Source: Candidatus Omnitrophota bacterium (GTDB lineage Bacteria > Omnitrophota > Gorgyraeia > B26-G9). Taken from it: DNA of 64,000 bases. The stretch's first letter is position 1. Every line of letters starts with the position of its first letter. The stretch lies in the NCBI GenBank assembly GCA_043826565.1, contig JBDRPX010000033.1, forward strand, positions 21,268 to 85,267, read 5' to 3'. A model generated the notes under the pieces. It did not search any database. It was given only the letters and a program-made list of their open reading frames with translations, and was not told the origin of the DNA. A program made the position numbers and the translations under genes. Positions 28,794-38,455 of this stretch are shown piece by piece.

Positions 28794-29153
28794 TTATATT
28801 AACTTTTCCAACTTCTTATGATACCGCTGATAGCATTTTTCCATAATTTCATCCGCGGACATTCCCGCTTCCCGCAGTAATTCCAAACACAAAATCAAAA
28901 GATCACCGGTTTCGGTCAGATAATGCGGATTCTTTTCTTTATACAGCTCAGTGATTTCTTTGGCATGCTCCCGCACCAGCTCCAGCAATACTTCATTATG
29001 AACTTTCCCCCGCAGCTCATTCAATTTGACCGACTTAGCATGTATAATATTTATCTGCTCTTTTGCATAATCAGTCAATGATGTTTCTAATTTTTTTTGT
29101 TTTTGTCTATGGTCTATGGTCTGTGGTCTATAGTCTTTCAGATTATTCCCCAA
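28794..29153 (-). CDS. MazG-like nucleotide pyrophosphohydrolase domain protein. The annotated N-terminus is encoded by a tandem-repeat tract, so the start is uncertain
   Basis: A small all-alpha EExxE-type MazG-like core. The first ~15 codons derive from a (TGGTCTA)-like repeat. Confidence 0.45.
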   Translation of the reverse strand: MGNNLKDYRPQTIDHRQKQKKLETSLTDYAKEQINIIHAKSVKLNELRGKVHNEVLLELVREHAKEITELYKEKNPHYLTETGDLLILCLELLREAGMSADEIMEKCYQRYHKKLEKLI

Positions 29154-30237
29154 AATATGTCCCCACCGAACGCGCCGATTGGATTAGCGGATGGTTTTCT
29201 GGAACAACTCTCGGCCCGTGTTCGGCAATTTTTTTCATAAAAACCGTTGTAAGAGAATCCCCTTTTATCGCCGCTGTGTAACCAAATTCTTTCCTGATTA
29301 CCATTTCCGCGGCTTTAGTTCCTAATCGCGTTGCCAATATCCGGTCAAACGGCGTAGGCGATCCGCCACGCTGTAAATGCCCAAGCACTACAGCCCGGCT
29401 TTCTAAGCCGGTTACTTTTTCGATCTGCTCAACCAACACAAACCCTACTCCGCCCAGACGAGCCTGGATAGTACTCTCTTCGACCATGCGCTGAATAACA
29501 ACTTTCCCGCCTTTGGGCTTGGCGCCTTCGGAAATTATAATAATCGTAAACTTTTTACCCTTGCGGTGCCGTTCCCGAACAACTTCGGCAATACCGTTAA
29601 TATTATAAGGCATTTCCGGAAGTAAAATTATATCTCCTCCGCCGGCAATCCCGGCATATAACGCGATCCATCCGGCAGTCCGGCCCATGACTTCGATAAT
29701 CATCACCCGGTGATGCGACTGGGCTGTGGTATGGATACGGTCAATCGCTTCCGTAGCAATAGTCACGGCACTATTAAAACCAAAAGTAACATCCGTCCCA
29801 TAAATATCATTGTCTATGGTTTTCGGCACTCCGACAACATTGATCCCGTCCTCCATAAGTTTAGAAGCAATTGTTAATGTTCCGTCACCGCCAATGCATA
29901 CCAGAGAATCCAGCTTCATCTTTTTTACGTTCTGTTTTACTTTCGCGACAACATTATTAAATTTCACTTTACCTTTTTCTTTTACTGCGTATTTATAAGG
30001 ATTAGCAATATTAGACGTACCCAAGATCGTCCCGCCTAAGGTAAGTATTCCGGAAACATCTTTATAATCAAGTTTCACATATTGATTATGGATAAGCCCT
30101 TCATACCCGTCTTTTATCCCGATGATCTCCGCGTCCTGTTCAATCATCAGTTTTTTAGCTACCGAACGGATTACCGCGTTTAATCCCGGACAATCACCGC
30201 CGGCCGTAAGAATACCCACTCTTAATTTTTTTGTCAT
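29143..30237 (-). CDS. pfkA: 6-phosphofructokinase
   Basis: GILTAGGDCPGLNAVIRSV...GGDGT motifs. I did not determine ATP versus PPi dependence. Confidence 0.85.
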   Translation of the reverse strand: MTKKLRVGILTAGGDCPGLNAVIRSVAKKLMIEQDAEIIGIKDGYEGLIHNQYVKLDYKDVSGILTLGGTILGTSNIANPYKYAVKEKGKVKFNNVVAKVKQNVKKMKLDSLVCIGGDGTLTIASKLMEDGINVVGVPKTIDNDIYGTDVTFGFNSAVTIATEAIDRIHTTAQSHHRVMIIEVMGRTAGWIALYAGIAGGGDIILLPEMPYNINGIAEVVRERHRKGKKFTIIIISEGAKPKGGKVVIQRMVEESTIQARLGGVGFVLVEQIEKVTGLESRAVVLGHLQRGGSPTPFDRILATRLGTKAAEMVIRKEFGYTAAIKGDSLTTVFMKKIAEHGPRVVPENHPLIQSARSVGTYFGE

Positions 30238-30256
30238 GATATAACCTCCATTTATT

Positions 30257-30285
30257 GCGGACAGGGCACGCCCTGTCCCTACAGG
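30257..30285 (+). repeat. REP-like element, copy 3
   Basis: GCGGACAGGGCACGCCCTGTCCCTACAGG: an 8-bp stem and 4-nt loop followed by the CTACAGG tail, in the pfkA/M48 intergenic region. Confidence 0.6.
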
Positions 30286-30328
30286 ATTATTTTAATTACA
30301 AATATATCTTTTGTTTTCTCATCTTTTT

Positions 30329-31576
30329 CTATGGACTATTGACCATTGACTTTTTAATCGCCTCAATTCTTTTTAGCACCGGCGGATGGCTATAATATAA
30401 AAACACTTTTAACGGATGCGGCGTCAGATTAGACAGATTATCCACACTTAACTTTTTTAGAGCTTGAACGAAAGCTCCCGGTTTCTTAAACGTAGTCACC
30501 GCGAAACGATCGGCTTCATACTCATGCTTACGGGAAATACAGCTTTCCAGAATTGAAATCAGCATATTTATCGGAGTATACAGAAATCCAAAAAATATCA
30601 AACTGGCATAAATTGATAGGTGCTCCATTTTAAATGCCGCGAATAATCCCTTATTATTTAAGAAAAATGATAAGATGAAAAACATCAGGCCGGTAGTAAA
30701 AAATGACATTATCAACCCTTTGATTATATGTTTCTTTTTATAATGGCCTATTTCATGGGCTAATACTGATACTAATTCCTCAACTGTGTGTTTAGCAATT
30801 AAGGTATCAAAAAGAGCAATCCTTCTAAATTTCCCAAACCCGGTAAAAAACGCATTTGATTTTGTCGACCGGCGGGAACCGTCCATTTTAAACACACCCT
30901 GCATTTTAAAATTCTGCTCTTTCGCGTAATCTTCCAAAGTCTGCTTTAATTGGCCGTCTTCTAAGGGAATAAATTTGTTAAATAAAGGCATGATCACTAC
31001 CGGCGCAATAAAGATCAAAGATATCTGAAAAAGCATCAAGGAGATCCAGCAATGTACCCAGGCCATATCTCCGGCTTTGGCGAAAAACCATAATATTCCG
31101 GCAAAAACAATACTTCCGATAATTGCCCCCAGAACCAGGCTTTTGATCAGATCCAAAATAAATGTCCGGGCCGTAGTTTTATTAAATCCGTATCTTTCTT
31201 CGATCACAAATGTATGGTATAGAGAAAAAGGGATATTCAATACCTGAGACAGCAGCATTAATATCCCGGCAAAGATCAAGCCGGTAACAATCGGCCCAAG
31301 ATCAAATCCGCGCGCTAAATTATCCACAAAATTAAATCCGCCGAACAAAATAAAGATCACGGTGACAATAGTAAAAAAAGTATCTTCAACAATCCCGAAT
31401 CCGGTATTATCTTTTAAATATTTTTGCGATTTACTGTACTTTTCCGCATCATAACATTCTTTAAATTCATCCGGAAGCTCAGTAGTCACATGCCGGACAT
31501 TCAAAGTCTCCACAATAACATTAAGAACATACTTAAATAAAAGTATCGTAATAATCGCCGCTAAATATCCGTTCAT
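30329..31576 (-). CDS. M48-family zinc metallopeptidase (Ste24/HtpX-like CAAX-protease homolog)
   Basis: Multi-TM protein with HEIGHYKKKH (HExxH) and a downstream Glu. Confidence 0.75.
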   Translation of the reverse strand: MNGYLAAIITILLFKYVLNVIVETLNVRHVTTELPDEFKECYDAEKYSKSQKYLKDNTGFGIVEDTFFTIVTVIFILFGGFNFVDNLARGFDLGPIVTGLIFAGILMLLSQVLNIPFSLYHTFVIEERYGFNKTTARTFILDLIKSLVLGAIIGSIVFAGILWFFAKAGDMAWVHCWISLMLFQISLIFIAPVVIMPLFNKFIPLEDGQLKQTLEDYAKEQNFKMQGVFKMDGSRRSTKSNAFFTGFGKFRRIALFDTLIAKHTVEELVSVLAHEIGHYKKKHIIKGLIMSFFTTGLMFFILSFFLNNKGLFAAFKMEHLSIYASLIFFGFLYTPINMLISILESCISRKHEYEADRFAVTTFKKPGAFVQALKKLSVDNLSNLTPHPLKVFLYYSHPPVLKRIEAIKKSMVNSP

Positions 31577-31612
31577 CTGGCAATCTCTTTCTCTGGTTAC
31601 TGGTTACTTTTT

Positions 31613-32377
31613 TTAAAAAACGAGCGTAATCCCTACCGGACAATGGTCCGAACCTAATACATCTTTCATTATAAACGCATCGCTTAATTTATCAATAGAC
31701 TGCTTATTAATAAAAAAATAATCTATTCTCCAGCCGATATCCCTTTCCCGGGCCTTGGTCTTATAATCCCACCAACTGTAATGCCCCCCGTCTTTGGCAA
31801 ATTCACGAAAGGTATCCACATATCCCATATCAATAAATTCATCTATTAAAACACGCTCTTGCGGCAAAAACCCGGAATTATTGCTATTCTCTTTCGGCCG
31901 GGACAGATCAAGCTCTCTATGCGCAGTATTAAAGTCACCGCAAACCAGAATCGGCTTTTGTGTTTTCATCCTGGTTAGATATTTAAAAAATTCCCGGTAA
32001 AAATCAAGTTTAAAAGCAAGACGCTGTTCATTCATTCCGCCATTAGGGAAATATATATTAAGCAGAATAAATTTTTCAAACTCCAGCTGTAATACCCGGC
32101 CTTCAGAATCAAACAACTTATTTCCAAATCCATACCGCACATCGAGCGGTTTTTCCCGGGAAAATATAGCTACCCCGCTGTATCCTTTTTTTTCCGCCTG
32201 GTTCCAGCAGGCATAATATCCCTGGGGATTTTTTAAAACCTCACTAAGCTGGTCGGGGTGCGCTTTGGTTTCCTGCACCGCCAAAAGAAAAGGTTTTTCT
32301 TTTAAGAACCATTCCCGAAAACCTTTTTTTTCAACCGCTCTAATCCCGTTAACATTCCAAGATAATAACTTATACAT
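31613..32377 (-). CDS. xth: Exodeoxyribonuclease III
   Basis: MYKLLSWNVNGIRA... EEP nuclease; 254 aa. Confidence 0.85.
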   Translation of the reverse strand: MYKLLSWNVNGIRAVEKKGFREWFLKEKPFLLAVQETKAHPDQLSEVLKNPQGYYACWNQAEKKGYSGVAIFSREKPLDVRYGFGNKLFDSEGRVLQLEFEKFILLNIYFPNGGMNEQRLAFKLDFYREFFKYLTRMKTQKPILVCGDFNTAHRELDLSRPKENSNNSGFLPQERVLIDEFIDMGYVDTFREFAKDGGHYSWWDYKTKARERDIGWRIDYFFINKQSIDKLSDAFIMKDVLGSDHCPVGITLVF

Positions 32378-32388
32378 ATTTATTTTCT

Positions 32389-32425
32389 CGTCCCGGGCCG
32401 GGACAAGCCGCGGCCCCTACCGGAC
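32389..32425 (+). repeat. REP-like element, copy 4
   Basis: CGTCCCGGGCCGGGACAAGCCGCGGCCCCTACCGGAC, followed by a second small hairpin (CCGCCGCAGGCGGG). Confidence 0.55.
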
Positions 32426-32436
32426 ATTTTATCCCA

Positions 32437-33216
32437 CTACTCCGCCGCAGGCGGGCTGTATTCCTTCATTAATAACTTATAACCAATTCCTCCGGTACCT
32501 TCAATGCGCAAAGGCACACGATACTTATCCGCACTTATCCAAATTTTTATCTGCTTTGGCTGGCTTTCAAAATAGTAAGCTTTAAATTCTCCTCCCGGAA
32601 CTTTTATGGCCTGGAAATCAACAAAGAAAATCTCAAAATCACGCTGCGGAAGATTAGCCTTAAAAGACCACCCAGGTTCAATCTCCCCGTAATTTCTGGC
32701 GTAATAAGGCAAAAGAATCGCGTTATTGATCGGCTTATCTTTTTTAATAATTTCCGTACTTTTCCCGAATCTTTTTTTAGTAATCTTTAGGATGAACTTT
32801 TCCTGATCATATTCTTCATCTATATATTCCTGCTTCAATAAACGTGATATTTTACGCTCTACTAAATACGGCAGGAATGTTTCCGGATCACAATATATTG
32901 TTTCCCGGTCACGAAAACGCACAAGTTCGGTAAGAAAACTGATCACATTTACTTTTTTCCCGTTAAGCTCAGTTACTTCAAGATGCTGATAAGTCGCTTG
33001 TCCTAAGCGGAGCTTTCCCATCATCACATCAAATACTATCTTCTCACCGACACGGGAAAGCTCTTTTTTCTCTTTCACGGCCACCGGCTTTTCTTCCTCG
33101 ATATTAGGTACCTGCCAATGCGGTGAATAATAAAGATATGCAAACACCCACAAGGTGACAAATAATAGAAACCACAGTTTAGCTCTTCTTCTAGACAGAT
33201 GAATGCGATACCCCAT
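32437..33216 (-). CDS. Hypothetical protein with an N-terminal TM/signal anchor, overlap-coupled to the upstream CPBP-domain gene
   Basis: ORF only. I recognise no motif. Confidence 0.35.
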   Translation of the reverse strand: MGYRIHLSRRRAKLWFLLFVTLWVFAYLYYSPHWQVPNIEEEKPVAVKEKKELSRVGEKIVFDVMMGKLRLGQATYQHLEVTELNGKKVNVISFLTELVRFRDRETIYCDPETFLPYLVERKISRLLKQEYIDEEYDQEKFILKITKKRFGKSTEIIKKDKPINNAILLPYYARNYGEIEPGWSFKANLPQRDFEIFFVDFQAIKVPGGEFKAYYFESQPKQIKIWISADKYRVPLRIEGTGGIGYKLLMKEYSPPAAE

Positions 33217-34864
33217 TACTAATATCTCCCTTTGTTTTCTTTGCCATAAAAAATAAAATAATAACCGGAATGAATACAGCCAACATTACAATTGCCCCGG
33301 AAGCAGTAAAATATAGATTATGTGATCTAAGCAGCGGCAATCCGCCCAATACCGCGTCAATAACAAAATGAGTGATTAAAACAGTTTCCAGCCCATATTT
33401 CACATATACAATACCAAATACAATACCGGCAATAGTAAGCTCTATCCCTCTTACATATGCCGGAAATACCGGATAATTAGAATGGGCAAACGCCCAGATA
33501 ACTGCCGGCAGTAAAATCCCCAGCCAAGTAAGCTTAAAACACTTTTTGAAAAAAGAAATTGAGAACATCCGGAACATAAATTCTTCACTCACTGCCGCAG
33601 TCACCGCGAGAGTAAGCGGAAATAAAAACGGCAATGCCGTGCCTAAAATATTTGAGTACTCAACTTCCGGCGGCATCCAGATATGAAAAAATTTCCTGCC
33701 GACCAAATAGAAAATAGTAATATATCCCAAGAATAGAAAAGCCAGGCAATAGCCGGTAATAATCGGGCTAAAAACCTCCGCGCTTTTAAACTCTTTCTTT
33801 TTTAGCGCCTCAAGTAAAGGGAACCTGCGGCTCCAGACCTCCCGGGATAAGGCTTCTCCGGAAGCCCAAAAAAGAAAAATCACCAAACCGGAAACCAATG
33901 ATCCGATTAACGCGGCGGCCGCGGAGATCACAACAAAAATATTCTTGCTCATTGTATCCGGATATGAAGTCCATAACAGCGGGATACTATTGACAAAAGC
34001 AATTATTGCCAATAACGCTACCCCTGCCCCCCAAGCCAGACCGGGCTTCCAGCTTACATTATCTTTTTTAAATTGGATTATCATCACAACCAGAGCGCTA
34101 ATCCCCAGCACAAACATAAAAATAACCGTGAGTATGGACAATACCTGTCCGTAGGACAGATCTTTCTGCAAATCCCGGATAAAGTCTTCGGGTATTTTTA
34201 GATACCGGCCGAAATATCCCAGTTTATCCCCATATATATTAGCACTCACGATAAGTGTGGCATCGCCGATTGTGTAATCTTTCTTTTCCCAGGAAAAAGA
34301 ATAATCAGTTCTGTTCTTTTGCTCTTTATTTATATTTTCTTTTACTTTATAAACTTCAAGATCAATACCCTGAGAAAGGACTTTCTGCTCGGCGATCTTT
34401 TTTGCCTGCTCAAGCGTTAGATTAGCTCCCTGGGCATCATCTAAAACAGCATATTGAAAATGGACTATTTCCCCGGTTGCCGGATCAATATAAACGGAAA
34501 ACCCGTCTTTTTGGAGTTCTTTAAACCAGCGCACCTGCCAGAACCACATGGGAACGCCCTGCCGGATAAGTTGATTCGCTTTGGCAATCCCCTGCGTCTT
34601 TTGCAGATAAATCGAAGCATAATAATCTGAGTCAAATACAATTGTCCGGTCAAAACCTTCCAACTGAAAACCTTGTTCGGTAACAAATTCCGTTGCTTTT
34701 TCAATTACCTCTTCCTTACTCAATCTTAAATCAATTGAAGCAGTCGGAAAGGCCTGATTGAAAAACATAATAAATACAACCAAACCGGTAATTCCCGCCA
34801 ATATCCAGGCAATAAGAGATTTTTTACTATTTTTGTTCATAATAATATTACTATTCTCCTTCAT
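33191..34864 (-). CDS. Membrane protein with a C-terminal CPBP (CAAX protease / Abi) domain
   Basis: C-terminal EEFMFRMF (motif 1) and FAHSNY, consistent with the CPBP intramembrane metalloprotease family. A large N-terminal extracytoplasmic region comes first. Confidence 0.55.
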   Translation of the reverse strand: MKENSNIIMNKNSKKSLIAWILAGITGLVVFIMFFNQAFPTASIDLRLSKEEVIEKATEFVTEQGFQLEGFDRTIVFDSDYYASIYLQKTQGIAKANQLIRQGVPMWFWQVRWFKELQKDGFSVYIDPATGEIVHFQYAVLDDAQGANLTLEQAKKIAEQKVLSQGIDLEVYKVKENINKEQKNRTDYSFSWEKKDYTIGDATLIVSANIYGDKLGYFGRYLKIPEDFIRDLQKDLSYGQVLSILTVIFMFVLGISALVVMIIQFKKDNVSWKPGLAWGAGVALLAIIAFVNSIPLLWTSYPDTMSKNIFVVISAAAALIGSLVSGLVIFLFWASGEALSREVWSRRFPLLEALKKKEFKSAEVFSPIITGYCLAFLFLGYITIFYLVGRKFFHIWMPPEVEYSNILGTALPFLFPLTLAVTAAVSEEFMFRMFSISFFKKCFKLTWLGILLPAVIWAFAHSNYPVFPAYVRGIELTIAGIVFGIVYVKYGLETVLITHFVIDAVLGGLPLLRSHNLYFTASGAIVMLAVFIPVIILFFMAKKTKGDISNGVSHSSV

Positions 34865-34868
34865 TTCT

Positions 34869-35774
34869 TTAATTCAAGTCAACCGAATGCGCAAGTCTAT
34901 ACTTTCCGCCTTTGCCATCATCACGATAAATATCAACAATAATTCTAGAAGAAAAAATCCTCACTTTAAGAAAAGTACTTCTGACTCCCGGATCGCCCAG
35001 ACCGCGGGAATGCCCCGCATCTATTTGCCACAATCCATTAATTTTAGCATACGAGGTGTTATGAGTATGGCCACAGATATAAGCCGTGACATTATATTTA
35101 CGCAAAAGCTCTTGAAAGCGCTGGTTATTATCGGGATGCGCATCAAGTGAATCCCCAATATGTTTGCTTCTGCCATTATCGACATCCGGTATTGACACAA
35201 ACGGTTCATGCCCGAAAACAAAAATTAACGGCTTGCGATTTTCACTTAAGTCATTTTTAAGCCACTCATATAACACATCAACAATGTCCCCATCTGTTCC
35301 GGTATCAGAATTTCCATCGTAATATTGATTAAGCATTATAAAATGCGCATTACGAAAATCAAAAGAATACGTTGTTTCTTCTCCGTTAATCGGCCCCCTG
35401 CGCACAAGATTAGGGATATCCCCGCTACCCCAGTTTCGTAACCAGGCCATATCTTCCAGCTTCGCTGCCTCATGATTACCTACACCCGGGTACCATACAT
35501 AGTCATTACCCAGAACTTTATCAATAATTTTATCAACATCACAAGGGGGATCTTCATCTCCCGTGATCACCATGAAGCTACCCTTTCCCACTTTGAGAAT
35601 TGCCTGAGATACCCCTCTAAAGTATTCCGTCGTCTGGTAAGCAGGGCCGGCATATTTCCTCATATCAGCAGTAACGATAAAGGAAAAAGGTTCCTTATCA
35701 AAACCCTCATGAGAACTACAGCTTGAAATTAAAACTAAAAAAATCAATAATCCTAGTTTTAAATAAATTTTCAT
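34869..35774 (-). CDS. Metallophosphoesterase (calcineurin-like) lipoprotein
   Basis: Lipobox (LISSCSS) with GD..D, GNHE and GHTH motifs. Confidence 0.7.
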   Translation of the reverse strand: MKIYLKLGLLIFLVLISSCSSHEGFDKEPFSFIVTADMRKYAGPAYQTTEYFRGVSQAILKVGKGSFMVITGDEDPPCDVDKIIDKVLGNDYVWYPGVGNHEAAKLEDMAWLRNWGSGDIPNLVRRGPINGEETTYSFDFRNAHFIMLNQYYDGNSDTGTDGDIVDVLYEWLKNDLSENRKPLIFVFGHEPFVSIPDVDNGRSKHIGDSLDAHPDNNQRFQELLRKYNVTAYICGHTHNTSYAKINGLWQIDAGHSRGLGDPGVRSTFLKVRIFSSRIIVDIYRDDGKGGKYRLAHSVDLN

Positions 35775-35836
35775 ATCTTAGTATCCAACCATATCGTTAC
35801 CGGACCGTCATTAATAAGCTCTACCCGCATATAATT

Positions 35837-37282
35837 CTATACCCTGCTCTGCGCCGCCCCGGAAGAACATTCTTTAGAGCAAGCACAACTGCCGCCGATC
35901 CAGCAATATAGACAAAGCTTTTCCCTAGGCAATCCCACCGCAGCCACTAAGTCTTCTACTGTCTGGTAACGTAATGTCGTAACCTTCAGATCTTTCGCGA
36001 TCCAATCCATCATCTTTTCGTATTTTTCAGTTGTATGATCAATATACTCAGACACATCTTCAATGTCTTTGCCTTCGATATCGCGAATTGCTCTGCGCGC
36101 GACAAGCTCGGTTAAAGTACGCGTAGAAAGATTATATTTGCAGGGAAACATTAATGGCGGACATGCCGGGCGCACATGAATTTCTTTTGCTCCGGCGTCC
36201 CAAAGTTTTTTAACCGTAAAATTCTTGAGCTGGGTGCCGCGAACTATGGAATCCTCACAAACAACTATCCGGTTGGTATTAATAATATCCTTTATCGGAA
36301 TAAGTTTCATTGTCGCAATCAGATCTCTGGTCTCTTGAGACGGAGGGGTGTAGCTTCGGCCGTAACCGGGAGTATATTTAATAAGCGGCCGGCGATACGG
36401 TTTTCCTGACTCCATAGCATACCCGATAGCATGAGCACTGCCGGAATCCGGCACTCCGGAAACCACATCAATTTCTATATCTTTGTCCCGCTTTGCCAAA
36501 AATGCGCCGCTGCGCTCTCTGACAACCTCGACATTAATGCCTTCATAGCTTGATGCCGGAAATCCCGTATAAATCCACAAAAAAGTGCAAATCTGCTGAT
36601 CCTGCCTTCCGGAGTTTTTAGTATCCATTCCGTTTTCTTTAATTAGCACAACCTCTCCGGGATTAAGATATTTAACTATTTCAAAACCCGTATTCGGGAA
36701 AGCGCAGGTCTCCGTAGTTACTGCCCAAGCGTCATTTTTCTTTCCGACAATAAGCGGCATATATCCAACCCGGTCCCGGGCAGCGTAAACACCGTCTTTA
36801 TTTAGTAAAAGCAGGGAGCAGGATCCTTCTATAGAGGAAAACATCTTATCAATACCATCAACAATATCTTTACCTTGATTAATCAGCTTTGATACTAATT
36901 CCGTGGCATTTACTCTGCCTTTACTTACTTCACTAAAAGAAATCCCCTGAGCTAATAAATCATCTACCAATTTATCAATATTATCAATAAATCCGGTAGT
37001 AACTATAAAGAAAGGCCCAAATTTGGAATTTAAATAGATCGGCTGCTCATCAAGATCACTGATTGCCCCGATCCCCTTATTGCCCGGCATATGTTTGGAA
37101 TCTTCGTAAAATTTAGATTTAAACTGGCTTTTACTTATATTATGTATCTGGCGATTAAATCCATCCTCACCATAAATTGCCATTCCTCCATATTCTGTTC
37201 CCAAATGAGAATGGTAATCTGTTCCATACAATAAGTCTCCAGCACAATCTTTCTTTGACACTATCCCAAAAATTCCACTCAT
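35837..37282 (-). CDS. purF: Amidophosphoribosyltransferase-like protein (class II Ntn glutamine amidotransferase + PRTase). Ser replaces the usual N-terminal Cys nucleophile
   Basis: MSGIFGIV aligns with PurF MCGIVGI. The PRTase motif VVCEDSIVRGTQ and C-terminal Cys residues indicate an Fe-S-type PurF. Confidence 0.7.
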   Translation of the reverse strand: MSGIFGIVSKKDCAGDLLYGTDYHSHLGTEYGGMAIYGEDGFNRQIHNISKSQFKSKFYEDSKHMPGNKGIGAISDLDEQPIYLNSKFGPFFIVTTGFIDNIDKLVDDLLAQGISFSEVSKGRVNATELVSKLINQGKDIVDGIDKMFSSIEGSCSLLLLNKDGVYAARDRVGYMPLIVGKKNDAWAVTTETCAFPNTGFEIVKYLNPGEVVLIKENGMDTKNSGRQDQQICTFLWIYTGFPASSYEGINVEVVRERSGAFLAKRDKDIEIDVVSGVPDSGSAHAIGYAMESGKPYRRPLIKYTPGYGRSYTPPSQETRDLIATMKLIPIKDIINTNRIVVCEDSIVRGTQLKNFTVKKLWDAGAKEIHVRPACPPLMFPCKYNLSTRTLTELVARRAIRDIEGKDIEDVSEYIDHTTEKYEKMMDWIAKDLKVTTLRYQTVEDLVAAVGLPREKLCLYCWIGGSCACSKECSSGAAQSRV

Positions 37283-37425
37283 AAATACCTCCTTTAGATA
37301 AAAACAGACAGGAAAAACAGTATTGTATTAGGTTTATAATTATAACTCTAATCGTAAGGAAAAACCAGAAAAAATCTATTTAAATTATTGTGAAATTTTA
37401 ATATGTATGCTATAGTAAAAAAACT

Positions 37426-38253
37426 ATGAGTAAAAAAAACAAACCGCTGATCAAAGCTTATAATAACCAGGACTTCCTGAACAGCCCGGCAGCACGCAAT
37501 ATCCGGATCCTTTCGGAAATGATCGAACCGGAAAGCCGTTTTCGTAAACACAAGATCCGGGACACTGTGGTTTTCTTTGGATCAGCCCGCACTCTGCCTA
37601 AATCCGAGGCCACAAGGATTGTTAAACAAATAGAACAGGAAATTAGGGCTAAACCTACCCTGCCCCCAGCTTTAAAACAGCGTTATGAACAGGCTAAGCG
37701 GGACTTGATTATGTCCCGTTATTATGAAGAAGCCTCCCTGCTTTCGGAAAAACTAACGCTTTGGTTTAAAAAAATCAGTAATGACAAAAAACAATTTATG
37801 ATATGTTCCGGCGGCGGACCCGGGATAATGCAGGCAGCCAATCAGGGAGCAAAAAAAGCAAAAGGTAAATCCATCGGTTTAAATATCAGTCTGCCCATGG
37901 AACAGTATCCCAATACTTTTCAGACTGAAGAATTATCGTTTGAATTTCATTACTTTTTTATCCGTAAATTCTGGTTCTTTTACCTGGCTAAAGCCCTGGT
38001 AGTTTTCCCCGGCGGGTTCGGGACCATGGATGAATTTTTTGAACTGCTTACACTTATCCAGACCCATAAATCAAAAAAGTTTATGCCGGTGATCCTTTAT
38101 GGTAAAGATTACTGGGACAAAGTTGTTAATTTTGATGAAATGGTAAATTGGGGTATGATCTCTCCGGAGGATCTAAACCTTTTTAAAACATTCGATGATC
38201 CGGATAGCGCTTTTAAACACCTGCAGAAAGAACTCACCCGGCACCATCTATAA
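37426..38253 (+). CDS. LOG-family protein (lysine-decarboxylase-like / cytokinin riboside 5'-monophosphate phosphoribohydrolase family)
   Basis: GGGPGIMQAANQGA and PGGFGTMDEFFE motifs. Confidence 0.8.
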   Translation: MSKKNKPLIKAYNNQDFLNSPAARNIRILSEMIEPESRFRKHKIRDTVVFFGSARTLPKSEATRIVKQIEQEIRAKPTLPPALKQRYEQAKRDLIMSRYYEEASLLSEKLTLWFKKISNDKKQFMICSGGGPGIMQAANQGAKKAKGKSIGLNISLPMEQYPNTFQTEELSFEFHYFFIRKFWFFYLAKALVVFPGGFGTMDEFFELLTLIQTHKSKKFMPVILYGKDYWDKVVNFDEMVNWGMISPEDLNLFKTFDDPDSAFKHLQKELTRHHL

Positions 38254-38455
38254 TAATACGGCGTCAATACCTGCTTATTTTTCTTAATTCTTATCACTGT
38301 TAATCCAAATTTTGATCTATATTTTGTGTCCTGAGTCTTGGGTCTTGGGTCTCTTTTTTTGAATACTTGCCCGTCAATAAAAACATGGTATAATAGTTTT
38401 AAGCTTAAAGCTATAAGCTATAAATACTAAAAGTTTTTAAATTCAGGGATGAATA

